From a virus (lineage: Duplodnaviria; Caudoviricetes): a DNA stretch of 54,412 nt. The DNA lies in the IMG/VR virus record IMGVR_UViG_3300025168_000113, positions 1 to 54,412 of that record; one strand, 5' to 3'. Positions 1-9,632 of this stretch are shown one piece after another (the stretch's first letter is position 1; every line of letters starts with the position of its first letter). Below the pieces are notes generated by a model, which did no database searches, had not been told where the DNA came from, and saw only the letters and a program-made list of their open reading frames with translations. Both the position numbers and the translations under genes were made by a program.

Positions 1-104
1 CTCCTTGTCCAGAAGATGAACCAAATTGTGATAAAACTGGTTCTTCAATAAGAAAAATAGATATGGTAAGTGACTCAGGAGAAGACTTTTCTAAAGGTTT
101 TTAA
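1..104 (+). CDS. 3' end of an upstream ORF (partial)
   Basis: Frame 3 is open from the window edge (PCPEDEPNCDK...FSKGF) to TAA at 102-104. Confidence 0.5.
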   Translation, partial: PCPEDEPNCDKTGSSIRKIDMVSDSGEDFSKGF

Positions 105-114
105 ATAAATATAT

Positions 115-318
115 ATGTCAGATAAATTAAAAAACATCATTACAAATGTTATCGGTTTACTTTTACTAGGATTAAATGTTTATATGTTTTACTTCGATGA
201 AGTAGAACTTACTTCTTTCTGTGTGATCTTATGTATATCGCTAGCACTATTCCTATTTAAAGGAACAAAGACAAAAGAATGGTTATCAAAAGGATTATCA
301 AAAATTATCTCCAAGTAA
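115..318 (+). CDS. Small two-TM membrane protein, holin-like
   Basis: 67 aa with two hydrophobic stretches and a basic C-terminus; directly upstream of a spanin-like gene. Confidence 0.5.
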   Translation: MSDKLKNIITNVIGLLLLGLNVYMFYFDEVELTSFCVILCISLALFLFKGTKTKEWLSKGLSKIISK

Positions 319-725
319 TACTAATCTTTATATTTGTGGGATGTACTCCGCAAAAAAGATTAAATAGACTATTAGATAGATATCCTCAACTAACAGAACA
401 AGACACTATTGTTCTTAGAGATACTATAACTATAGAAAAATATCTACACGATACTACTACAGTATTAAAGTTTCACGATACTACAACTGTTATTAATAAT
501 GAAAGGGTAATACTAAAGTATTTCCACGACACTATAAAACAAGAAATTTACCACTATGTAGAATGTAAAGATTCTACTATCTACATAGAAAAACCTTATT
601 ATGTAGAAAAAGCAGTTTATAGGGAATTATCTTGGTGGGATAAGTACAAAGAATTTATATACATCATTTTAGGTTTACTTGGTGTATTAATGATTATGAA
701 AAAAATAAGTAAAACGATTATATAA
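279..725 (+). CDS. Probable unimolecular spanin
   Basis: N-terminal lipoprotein signal (ILIFIFVG-C), Thr/beta-rich middle, C-terminal TM helix (FIYIILGLLGVLMIM). This matches the T1 gp11 architecture. Confidence 0.65.
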   Translation: MVIKRIIKNYLQVILIFIFVGCTPQKRLNRLLDRYPQLTEQDTIVLRDTITIEKYLHDTTTVLKFHDTTTVINNERVILKYFHDTIKQEIYHYVECKDSTIYIEKPYYVEKAVYRELSWWDKYKEFIYIILGLLGVLMIMKKISKTII

Positions 726-735
726 AAGAAACAAA

Positions 736-1134
736 ATGGCGGAATATACAGAAATAGATATAGCCGGATTAGAAGGTAATGAAGCTTCTCAACCTAGAGT
801 GTTTGCGCACAGTGCTACTCCAATAACTGGAACCAATATCGTAACTCCGTTTGCTGGTCAGCAAGTGGTAACCACCGGTACTCCAATAGCTGGAGACACT
901 GTATCAGTATTAAGAAGAGGAGCTTGTCTATATGTAGGAGTTGCTTGCGATATTACAGTTGTTTTGGAAAGTCAAGATCCTGCAACTTTAATAGCTGATG
1001 CAATAACTTTTTATGGCGTTCCAGCAGGTTCTTTTTTACCAATACTAGTAACTAAAGTATTTAAAGTAACTAAAACAGATGGAACTGCATACTTAGCAGC
1101 AGATGTAGATAATAAGGTAATAGCTTTGTTTTAA
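736..1134 (+). CDS. Putative head-spike base protein (RcGTA Rcc01079-like)
   Basis: Motif LYVGVACDITV...TFYGVPAGSFLPILVTKV resembles that family; followed by a fibre-like gene. Confidence 0.5.
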   Translation: MAEYTEIDIAGLEGNEASQPRVFAHSATPITGTNIVTPFAGQQVVTTGTPIAGDTVSVLRRGACLYVGVACDITVVLESQDPATLIADAITFYGVPAGSFLPILVTKVFKVTKTDGTAYLAADVDNKVIALF

Positions 1135-1137
1135 GAG

Positions 1138-3258
1138 ATGAATTTAGGTTTAGGAAATACAATACCAATTAATTCAGTTCGTCAAGGCTTAGGTGGCGGC
1201 GGTGGCGGTGGCGGCTTTGACAACACTTATTCCTTAGCCTTCGATGGTGTGGATGATTATGTAGATACAGGCATTTCTACTTTAACTGGAACAGATTTTT
1301 CAATTAGCTATTGGTTTAAAACAACTGCAACACTAACTAATTTTAATTATTATGTACCATTTTCTGCTGTTACAAATCAACAATTTGTTGGAGCTTATTT
1401 GTATTATCACCCAACAACAAAATTAACATTTCGTTCAAGAAATAGTAGTGGTACTTTAGTAAAGGGAACAGTAGATTTATCAGATGGTAATTGGCACAAC
1501 ATAGTAGTAACCTATGATTCAACTTCCTACGCATTAAAAATGTACGTTGATGGTTCTATTGATTATGACGAAACAATTTATTCTTATGCAGTTTTTAATC
1601 AACCTTTATTATTAGGTGGTAAAAGTTCAAGCCTAAATTTAATAGATTGCTCTATTGATGAAGCAAGTTTATTTAATTCTGTTTTAACCTCTGAAAATGT
1701 AACTTCAATTTATAATTCGGGAGTTCCTAACGATATAAGTTCTATAAGTGGTTTAACCGCTTGGTATCGCAACGGTGACAACGGCTCTTACAAATCTCCA
1801 CAGTGGCTCATTCCTAATAATAGTAATGTTGCTAATTCAAGAATATCGAATTATAGTTTTGATTTTGATGGTGTGAATGATTATATAGATACAGGTTCTA
1901 ATCCTTTAATAGGAGAAGGGAATTTATCTATTTCAGCGTGGTTTAAATCTTCAGATGTTGATTTTCAATATTTACTTGGAGATAATAGTTTAAGATTTAA
2001 TATTAAGCAATCCAATGGAGATACAAGAATATCTTTTACAGGTTCAGTTGACCCCTTTAGAGGTTTTGGCGTTTCTTATAGTGTTGGAAATTGGAATAAC
2101 ATTATATTAACATTTGATGGCTCACTTGTTCAAGCAGATAGGTTAAAACTTTATCATAATGGTGTAGAAATAAATAATATTAATGCAGGTACACCAAACA
2201 CAACATTATTGTTAAACACTGCTGCAAATCTTATGATAGGAAGGGCAGGTAGCACTTCATCTAATCCTTGGAATGGCTCTATTGATGAAGTTGCAACTTG
2301 GAATACTACGTTAACTCAAGAAAACATAACTTCAATTTATGGTGGCGGTACACCTTCTGCAATTAGCTCACTTTCACCAATTTCACATTGGAGAATGGGT
2401 GAACAAGCTAACTTTACTTCTAACTGGTTAGTAAACAATTCAGCATTAAGCAACTATTCAACAAGGTCATTTAATTTCGATGGTGTGGATGATTATATAG
2501 ATTTTGGCAATCCAGCAAGTTTACAAATAACAACAGATTTAAGTGTTTCGTTTTGGTTTAAAGGCTCAAGCACAGCCGACCAAGCAATAGTTGCTAAGGA
2601 CGCTTTAGGGCTAAGATGTTGGGGTATTTGGAATAATGTTTTTGGAGCTGGTAACAACTTGCAATTTTATATTTTTAATTCTAATTCTTTAACAGAAGTT
2701 CAAACGTCAGCAAATTATAATGATGGAAACTGGCATAATGTAGTGTGTGTTTTTAAACCTTCTACATATTTAAGAATTTACGTTGACGGTGTTTTAGATG
2801 GAGAAAATACAACATCAATCCCTGCAACTATTGACAATGACGCAGCAAATTTAACAGTTGGAGCAATAGTTTCAAGCGGTAGCCCAATTTATGAATTTGA
2901 GGGGAACGTTGACGAAGTAGCAATTTGGAATAGTGACCAAAGTAGCAACGTTAGTTCTATATATTCGTCAGGTACTCCTTCCGCAATTACAGGTGCAGTT
3001 TCACATTGGAGAATGGGTGAACAAGCAACATTCTCAACTAATTGGAATGTGCCTGATAATGGAAGTGCAAGCAACACAGGAACCTCAGCAAATATGACAA
3101 TAGCAGATTTAGAAGGTGACGCACCTAACTACACAGGTGGTGGCTTATCAAATAATATGACAATAGAAGATAGGGTAGGTGACGCACCTAATAGCACTTC
3201 GAATGCTTTAAGTTACAATATGACTGAAAGCGATAGAGAAGAAAATGTACCAACATAA
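1138..3258 (+). CDS. Virion fibre/spike with three LamG (concanavalin A-like) domains
   Basis: Three repeats of FDGVDDY...SISxWFK...WHN...YxDG...IDEVA...HWRMGE; N-terminal MNLGLG plus poly-Gly linker. Confidence 0.8.
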   Translation: MNLGLGNTIPINSVRQGLGGGGGGGGFDNTYSLAFDGVDDYVDTGISTLTGTDFSISYWFKTTATLTNFNYYVPFSAVTNQQFVGAYLYYHPTTKLTFRSRNSSGTLVKGTVDLSDGNWHNIVVTYDSTSYALKMYVDGSIDYDETIYSYAVFNQPLLLGGKSSSLNLIDCSIDEASLFNSVLTSENVTSIYNSGVPNDISSISGLTAWYRNGDNGSYKSPQWLIPNNSNVANSRISNYSFDFDGVNDYIDTGSNPLIGEGNLSISAWFKSSDVDFQYLLGDNSLRFNIKQSNGDTRISFTGSVDPFRGFGVSYSVGNWNNIILTFDGSLVQADRLKLYHNGVEINNINAGTPNTTLLLNTAANLMIGRAGSTSSNPWNGSIDEVATWNTTLTQENITSIYGGGTPSAISSLSPISHWRMGEQANFTSNWLVNNSALSNYSTRSFNFDGVDDYIDFGNPASLQITTDLSVSFWFKGSSTADQAIVAKDALGLRCWGIWNNVFGAGNNLQFYIFNSNSLTEVQTSANYNDGNWHNVVCVFKPSTYLRIYVDGVLDGENTTSIPATIDNDAANLTVGAIVSSGSPIYEFEGNVDEVAIWNSDQSSNVSSIYSSGTPSAITGAVSHWRMGEQATFSTNWNVPDNGSASNTGTSANMTIADLEGDAPNYTGGGLSNNMTIEDRVGDAPNSTSNALSYNMTESDREENVPT

Positions 3259-3270
3259 TAATATATAAAA

Positions 3271-3579
3271 ATGGAAAATGAATTTAATTTAGAGAGTTAC
3301 AATTATCCCATTACAGTAGGGGGTAATAATTTAACTTATGCAATTTGTAATATTGCAACAGATTTAAGTAATATTGACTTTAGCCAAGTGGGGCAAAGTT
3401 CAGCAGGAACAATTAGAAGGAGTTTAGATGATACTCTTTTTATAATTAAATACAATGCAGAGCCTACTTTTATAAAAGATGGATCTGTAACCCCTTCACA
3501 GATTTTAAGTCATGAAGAATGTTTAGAATTGATGAGTACGCCAGATTGGTCAGAACCGATAGAAGAAGAAGTAAAATGA
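3271..3579 (+). CDS. Hypothetical protein accompanying the LamG fibre
   Basis: 102-aa ORF tightly following the fibre gene. Confidence 0.6.
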   Translation: MENEFNLESYNYPITVGGNNLTYAICNIATDLSNIDFSQVGQSSAGTIRRSLDDTLFIIKYNAEPTFIKDGSVTPSQILSHEECLELMSTPDWSEPIEEEVK

Positions 3580-3677
3580 AATTCAGTCACCAAAAAGAAG
3601 AAAAAAAGAAAACGAAGAAGGGTGAGGATGCGAACTAATCGCGGAAAGAAAAGAAGAAAAAATAAAAATTAAATTAA

Positions 3678-3926
3678 ATGAAAATTAAAGAAGAACAGTT
3701 GAAACAAATTCAAGAACAACAAAAAGCATTAAATTCTATAATGCATGAAGTGGGAGTTTTAGAAGCTCAGAAACACGGGTTGTTACATAAGTTTGCTGGA
3801 ATCAATCAAGAGGTTGAAGATGTAAAAAGCGAATTAGAAAAAGAGTACGGAGCAGTTAATATTAATTTAGAGACTGGAGAGTACACTGAAATAGAGAAAG
3901 AACAAGAATTAAGTAAAGTAGATTAA
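3678..3926 (+). CDS. Hypothetical coiled-coil protein
   Basis: 82 aa, E/Q/K-rich heptads, A-rich start context. Confidence 0.65.
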   Translation: MKIKEEQLKQIQEQQKALNSIMHEVGVLEAQKHGLLHKFAGINQEVEDVKSELEKEYGAVNINLETGEYTEIEKEQELSKVD

Positions 3927-3927
3927 G

Positions 3928-4155
3928 ATGTCTAGTGTAATAAGAAAGATCAGTATTGGTGCTGATTACAAAAACGAAGCTATGCATTACTCAGTCGGTC
4001 AACAAGTTTACGGTGGCCACACTATTTGTGATATAGTCACCAACGATTCAGATGGAGAGTACATGATCTACATAAAAAAGAATGATGAGGTTTTACCATG
4101 GAAGAAGTTTAATTCCAATATGGCTATAGCTGTTGAATTTGATCTTGAATACTAA
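3928..4155 (+). CDS. Hypothetical protein
   Basis: 75-aa ORF packed between neighbours with 1-nt gap/overlap. Confidence 0.65.
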   Translation: MSSVIRKISIGADYKNEAMHYSVGQQVYGGHTICDIVTNDSDGEYMIYIKKNDEVLPWKKFNSNMAIAVEFDLEY

Positions 4156-4760
4156 TGAAGAGTATATATAGATTTTTAATTAAACCTAAGAAAGAAAGAT
4201 ACAACAACACTATAGAACTAAACGGCCAAGAACTAATAATAAATACAAAGATTGAAACCTTTGAATCAGTTAGTAAAAACGCTATAGTAGAAATTGTACC
4301 AGAAGCTTTTAAAACAAAAATAAAACCAGGTGATGAAGTAGTCGTTCATCACAATGTTTTCCGTAGGTTTTACGATATGAAAGGTAGAGAGAAAAACTCT
4401 GCATCATTTTTTAAAGATGATTTATTTTTTTGTGATATAGAACAAATATATTTATACAAAAATAATAACTCTTGGAAAACAAATCTTAACTACTGTTTTG
4501 TTAAACCGCTCAAGAACGATGATAAGATGACACTAGAGAAAGAGAAACCATTGAAAGGTATTATCAAGTACAGTAATGACAAACTGTCCTCTAACGGCAT
4601 TAAAAGCGGTGATTTAATAACGTTTACCCCAAACTCTGAATTTGAGTTTATAATAGAAGGAGAACGTTTATATTGTATGAAATCAAATGATATTGCTATA
4701 AGACATGAACGCAAAGGAAACGAAGAAGAGTATAATCCAAGCTGGGCGCATTGCGGTTGA
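4155..4760 (+). CDS. GroES/Cpn10-like co-chaperonin, tandem domains
   Basis: Two GroES-like segments: IKPGDEVVVHHN and IKSGDLITF...EFIIEGERLYCMKSNDI. Confidence 0.6.
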   Translation: MKSIYRFLIKPKKERYNNTIELNGQELIINTKIETFESVSKNAIVEIVPEAFKTKIKPGDEVVVHHNVFRRFYDMKGREKNSASFFKDDLFFCDIEQIYLYKNNNSWKTNLNYCFVKPLKNDDKMTLEKEKPLKGIIKYSNDKLSSNGIKSGDLITFTPNSEFEFIIEGERLYCMKSNDIAIRHERKGNEEEYNPSWAHCG

Positions 4761-4983
4761 AGAACTCATTAAAGTCGCTAAAGAACCAATCGTCGATACT
4801 GATGATGATGTTACTGCAGATAGACTTAAAAATGCTGCTGCCACTAAAAAACTTGCTATATTTGATGCTTTTGAAATCCTCAACAGGATGGAACAAGAGG
4901 AAGCAATGCTCAATGGGAAAATCAAAGAAGAAGAAAAACCTCAAAGAGAATTTAGAGGATTTGCCGAGGGGAGGAGTAAGTAA
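4705..4983 (+). CDS. Putative terminase small subunit
   Basis: Small helical protein coupled by TAATG overlap to the large terminase; assignment is positional. Confidence 0.5.
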   Translation: MNAKETKKSIIQAGRIAVEELIKVAKEPIVDTDDDVTADRLKNAAATKKLAIFDAFEILNRMEQEEAMLNGKIKEEEKPQREFRGFAEGRSK

Positions 4984-7205
4984 TGTACGAACAAAGTTTA
5001 TGGAGCGAAGTTAAAGATGTTGTTAATCCTAAAATATTATCCAAGAATAATAGATTAAAAAAATGGGAGTATGGTTACAACAAAGATTATGATTTTATTG
5101 TAATAAGTAAAACTGGAAAAATTGGAAAGATCATTAAGATACAAAATCTCCGCATTGCTTTACCAGCAGAACATGAACCGTTTAAACGAAGCGAAGATAA
5201 ATCGGGACAATACTGGGAACAGTTCGAATACCCAAAAGAATTAAAAAAAATTAAGAGTAGGTTTGACTGGGAGAAATACCCAGTAGACTTCAGGGAAGAA
5301 TGGTGGGACTATATAGATGAAGAATTTAAAAGAAGAGATGAAGGGTTTTGGTTTTATAACAATGGTGAACCTACTTATATCACTGGTACTCATTACATGT
5401 ACTTGCAATGGTCAAAGATTGATATCGGAGCGCCAGACTATAGGGAAGCAAATAGGTTATTCTTCATATTTTGGGAAGCCTGTAAAGCAGATACACGAGC
5501 TTATGGAATGTGTTACCTTAAAAACAGACGATCGGGTTTTTCCTTTATGTGTTCCGCAGAACTGGTCAACCAAGCAACAATATCCAGTGATTCAAGATAT
5601 GGCATACTATCCAAATCAGGAGCTGATGCCAAGAAAATGTTTACCGATAAAGTTGTACCGATCTCAATTAATTATCCGTTCTTCTTCAAACCCATACAAG
5701 ATGGTATGGATCGTCCTAAAACCGAACTTGCCTATAGAGTGCCAGCGTCAAAGCTTACACGTAGAAAGATTGAGGCAAACGAAGAACTTAGAGAACTAGA
5801 TGGATTAGACACTACTATAGATTGGAAGAACACAGGAGATAATAGTTATGATGGTGAAAAACTTAAACTGTTAGGACACGATGAAAGTGGTAAGTGGGAA
5901 AGACCTGATAATATAAAGAATAACTGGAAGGTAACTAAAACTTGTTTAAGGTTAGGTAGTAGAATAATTGGTAAGTGTATGATGGGGTCGACTTCTAATG
6001 CTTTAGACAAAGGAGGTCAAAACTTTAAAGATATTTATCAAGGATCAAACTGTTTAGAAAGAAACAGAAACGGTCAAACAAAAGAAGGTTTATATTCACT
6101 GTTCATACCAATGGAATGGAACTATGAAGGATTTATAGACAGGTACGGTTATCCAGTATTTGATACCCCTAAAAAACCTGTGTTAGGTATAGATAACAAC
6201 TACATAGATATTGGTGTTGTAGAGCATTGGAATAATGAGGTTGAAGGATTAAAACAAGATCAAGATGGTTTAAATGAATACTATCGTCAATTTCCAAGAA
6301 CAGAACAACATGCCTTTAGAGATGAAACTAAACAAAGTCTATTTAACTTAGTAAAGATATACGAACAGATAGATTATAATGAATCTTTAAACAACAAAGC
6401 TAACGTCACTCAAGGTGGTTTTCAATGGGAAAATGGAATAAAAGATACTAAAGTAATATTTGTACCTAATTCTAGTGGTAGATTTAATATATCATGGGTA
6501 CCACCTAAAAATCTTCAAAATAGTGTGATATTAAAAAATGGAGTTAAGTATCCTGGAAACGAACACGTTGGTGCGTTTGGTTGTGATAGTTATGATATTA
6601 GTGGAACTGTAGATGGAAGAGGTTCTAATGGAGCTTTTCACGGGTTAACTAAATTTAGCATGGAAGACACCCCTCCAAATCACTTTTTTTTAGAATATAT
6701 ATCTAGACCTCAAACAGCGGATATATTTTTTGAAGAAATACTTATGGCTTTAGTTTTTTACGGTATGCCTATATTAGCTGAAAACAATAAACCTAGGTTA
6801 TTGTATTATTTGAAAAGAAGAGGTTATAGAGGTTTTTCAATGAATAGACCGGATAAAATATGGAACAAGTTGTCGGTAGCAGAAAAAGAAATAGGGGGTA
6901 TACCTAATTCAAGTGAAGACATAAAACAATCACACGCCGCCGCTATAGAATCTTACATAAATGATTATGTAGGGTTAAATGGAGAAGAGGCGGGAAATAT
7001 GTATTTTCAAAGAACGTTAGAGGATTGGGCAAAATTTGATATAAACAAAAGAACCAAACATGATGCTTCTATAAGTTCTGGGTTAGCAATAATGGCTTGT
7101 AATAGAAATAAGTATAAGCCTACTGCAGATAGAAAAACCAAACATATTAATTTAGGTATTAAGAGGTATGACAATAAAGGATCAATTTCAAAAATAATAA
7201 AATAA
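4983..7205 (+). CDS. terL: Terminase large subunit
   Basis: Walker A-like YLKNRRSGFS, Walker B LLGHDESGKW, coupling motif GST, RNase H-like GCDSYD and C-terminal HDASISSG; precedes the portal. Confidence 0.9.
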   Translation: MYEQSLWSEVKDVVNPKILSKNNRLKKWEYGYNKDYDFIVISKTGKIGKIIKIQNLRIALPAEHEPFKRSEDKSGQYWEQFEYPKELKKIKSRFDWEKYPVDFREEWWDYIDEEFKRRDEGFWFYNNGEPTYITGTHYMYLQWSKIDIGAPDYREANRLFFIFWEACKADTRAYGMCYLKNRRSGFSFMCSAELVNQATISSDSRYGILSKSGADAKKMFTDKVVPISINYPFFFKPIQDGMDRPKTELAYRVPASKLTRRKIEANEELRELDGLDTTIDWKNTGDNSYDGEKLKLLGHDESGKWERPDNIKNNWKVTKTCLRLGSRIIGKCMMGSTSNALDKGGQNFKDIYQGSNCLERNRNGQTKEGLYSLFIPMEWNYEGFIDRYGYPVFDTPKKPVLGIDNNYIDIGVVEHWNNEVEGLKQDQDGLNEYYRQFPRTEQHAFRDETKQSLFNLVKIYEQIDYNESLNNKANVTQGGFQWENGIKDTKVIFVPNSSGRFNISWVPPKNLQNSVILKNGVKYPGNEHVGAFGCDSYDISGTVDGRGSNGAFHGLTKFSMEDTPPNHFFLEYISRPQTADIFFEEILMALVFYGMPILAENNKPRLLYYLKRRGYRGFSMNRPDKIWNKLSVAEKEIGGIPNSSEDIKQSHAAAIESYINDYVGLNGEEAGNMYFQRTLEDWAKFDINKRTKHDASISSGLAIMACNRNKYKPTADRKTKHINLGIKRYDNKGSISKIIK

Positions 7206-7207
7206 GA

Positions 7208-9610
7208 ATGATTTATACTGATAGTAATAGTACGTTTCCAGATCAGGTTGTACCTGATGTAGAAAAAGAAACTTGGGATTATGGTCTTAAAGTAGGACGT
7301 GCAATTGAAGGAGAATGGTTTGGATACGCAAGAAACAATAGGTATATAAATAATTATAACAATTACCACAACTTAAGGTTATACGCAAGAGGGGAGCAGT
7401 CTATTCAAAAATATAAAGATGAATTATCTATAAACGGAGATTTGTCTTATTTAAACTTAGATTGGAAACCTATACCAGTACTTTCCAAGTTTGTAGACAT
7501 AATAGTAAATGGAATGTCACAAAGAGTTTACGATGTTAAAGCATACGCACAAGATCCAGCATCTCAAAAAGCTAGAACTCAATATGCAGAAGCTATTCAC
7601 AGAGATATAGCTACTAGAGCATATCTAGATGCAGTGAAGCAAAGTTTAGGTATAGATATTTCAAATGCTCAAAACAGAGAACAGGTACCTGAAAGTGAAC
7701 AAGAATTGTCTATTCATATGCAACTAGATTATAAGCAGTCTATTGAAATAGCAGAGGAAGAAGCAATTACTAACACTATGGCTAGAAACAAATATGATCT
7801 AACTAAAAGAAGAATGGATTATGATTTAACAGTTCTAGGTATTGGTGCAGTTAAAACTGGATTTAATAGATCAGAAAGTGTTACTATAGATTATGTAGAT
7901 CCAGCTAATCTAGTGTACTCGTATACTGAAGATCCTAATTTTGAAGACGTATGGTATGTTGGTGAAGTTAAAGGTATAAGTATTCCAGAATTAAAAAAAG
8001 AGTTTCCATATTTAACAGAAACAGATTTAGAAGAGATTCAAAAATACACTGGTAATGAAAATTATACTAGAAACTGGAACGGAAGAAAAGACAATAATAC
8101 AGTACAAGTATTATATTTTGAATATAAAACATACACTAATCAAGTATTTAAAATTAAACACACTTCTCAAGGGTTAGAAAAAGCTTTGGAAAAACCAGAT
8201 ACTTTTAACCCTGAGCCTAACGATAATTTTGATACAACATCAAGGTCAATAGAAGTGCTTTATTCGGGTGCTAAAATACTTGGACATGAGAAAATGTTAA
8301 AGTGGGAGTTAGCTAAAAACATGGTAAGACCAAAATCTAACTTGGTCAAAGTTAATATGAACTACGCTATTTGTGCCCCAAGAATCTATAGAGGAAAAAT
8401 AGAATCTATAGTTAGTAAAACTATGGGTTTTGCAGACATGATAAACTTAACTTCTTTAAAGTTACAACAAGTTCTTTCTCGAATGGTTCCAGATGGTGTA
8501 TTCTTAGACGTTGATGGATTAGGTGAAATTGATTTAGGAAATGGAACTAGCTATAACCCAGCTGAAGCATTGAACATGTACTTTCAAACTGGTAGTGTAG
8601 TTGGTAGATCTTTTACTCAAGACGGAGATATTAACCCTGGCAAAGTTCCTATACAAGAATTACAAACCTCTGGCGCACAAGCTAAAATAGCATCGTTGAT
8701 TCAAACTTATCAATATTATCTACAAATGATAAGAGATGTTACCGGTCTAAATGAAGCAAGAGATGGAAGTATGCCAGATAAAAACGCTTTAGTAGGGTTA
8801 CAAAAGTTAGCCGCTGCTAATTCTAATGTAGCAACTAGGCATATTCTTCAAGGAAGTTTGTACTTAACAGCTATGATGTGTGAAAATGTTTCTTTAAGAA
8901 TATCTGATGCTATAGAGTTTGACTTAACAAGAGAAGCTTTAATAAACAGTATTAGTTCTTACAATGTTGGGACGTTAGCTGAGTTAAGTGAAATACATTT
9001 GTATGACTTTGGAATATTCTTAGAGTTAGAGCCAGATGATGAAGAAAAAGCACAACTCGAACAAAATATTCAAATGGCTCTTCAGCAACAGTCTATAAAC
9101 TTAGAAGATGCTATTGATGTTAGGCAAGTAAACAATTTAAAACTAGCTAATCAATTATTAAAACTTAAAAGAAAAGAAAAGCAGCAAGCTGATCAACAAG
9201 CTCAGCAAGCAAATATTCAAGCTCAAGCCCAAGCTAATGCTCAAGCCGCTGAAGCAACAGCTTTAGCTGAAACTCAAAAACAACAAGTATTAACAGAGCA
9301 AAAAATTTCTTTAGAAAAAGCTAAAAGCGAATTTGAAATAAACAAGTTAGAGCAAGAAGCAATGATTAAGGAAAAGTTAATGCAGCAAGAGTTCAAATAT
9401 AACATGCAATTAGCTACTACTAAAGAAAGAGAGATAGAATCAAGAGAAACTAATAGAGAAGATAGGAAAGACAGAAGAGTTAAAATGGAAGCTACTCAAC
9501 AAAGTGAGATAACAAACCAAAGACAAAACGACTCAGGACCAATAGATTTTGAATCTACAGGTAATGATGTTTTGGGTGGAATAAACTTAGGACAATTTGA
9601 TCCTAAGTAA
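7208..9610 (+). CDS. Portal protein
   Basis: 800 aa after terL, with a Q/A-rich C-terminal coiled-coil barrel typical of podovirus portals. Confidence 0.8.
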   Translation: MIYTDSNSTFPDQVVPDVEKETWDYGLKVGRAIEGEWFGYARNNRYINNYNNYHNLRLYARGEQSIQKYKDELSINGDLSYLNLDWKPIPVLSKFVDIIVNGMSQRVYDVKAYAQDPASQKARTQYAEAIHRDIATRAYLDAVKQSLGIDISNAQNREQVPESEQELSIHMQLDYKQSIEIAEEEAITNTMARNKYDLTKRRMDYDLTVLGIGAVKTGFNRSESVTIDYVDPANLVYSYTEDPNFEDVWYVGEVKGISIPELKKEFPYLTETDLEEIQKYTGNENYTRNWNGRKDNNTVQVLYFEYKTYTNQVFKIKHTSQGLEKALEKPDTFNPEPNDNFDTTSRSIEVLYSGAKILGHEKMLKWELAKNMVRPKSNLVKVNMNYAICAPRIYRGKIESIVSKTMGFADMINLTSLKLQQVLSRMVPDGVFLDVDGLGEIDLGNGTSYNPAEALNMYFQTGSVVGRSFTQDGDINPGKVPIQELQTSGAQAKIASLIQTYQYYLQMIRDVTGLNEARDGSMPDKNALVGLQKLAAANSNVATRHILQGSLYLTAMMCENVSLRISDAIEFDLTREALINSISSYNVGTLAELSEIHLYDFGIFLELEPDDEEKAQLEQNIQMALQQQSINLEDAIDVRQVNNLKLANQLLKLKRKEKQQADQQAQQANIQAQAQANAQAAEATALAETQKQQVLTEQKISLEKAKSEFEINKLEQEAMIKEKLMQQEFKYNMQLATTKEREIESRETNREDRKDRRVKMEATQQSEITNQRQNDSGPIDFESTGNDVLGGINLGQFDPK

Positions 9611-9614
9611 ACAT

Positions 9615-9632
9615 TAATTATTATATTATATT
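9615..9632 (+). promoter_or_regulatory. (TTATA)n tract before the scaffold start codon
   Basis: AATTATTATATTATATT-ATG; a near-identical tract lies at 13399-13423. Confidence 0.35.

Noticed and set aside
1138-3258. Diversity-generating retroelement acting on the LamG fibre
   Set aside because: No reverse transcriptase and no template/variable repeat pair differing only at adenines.
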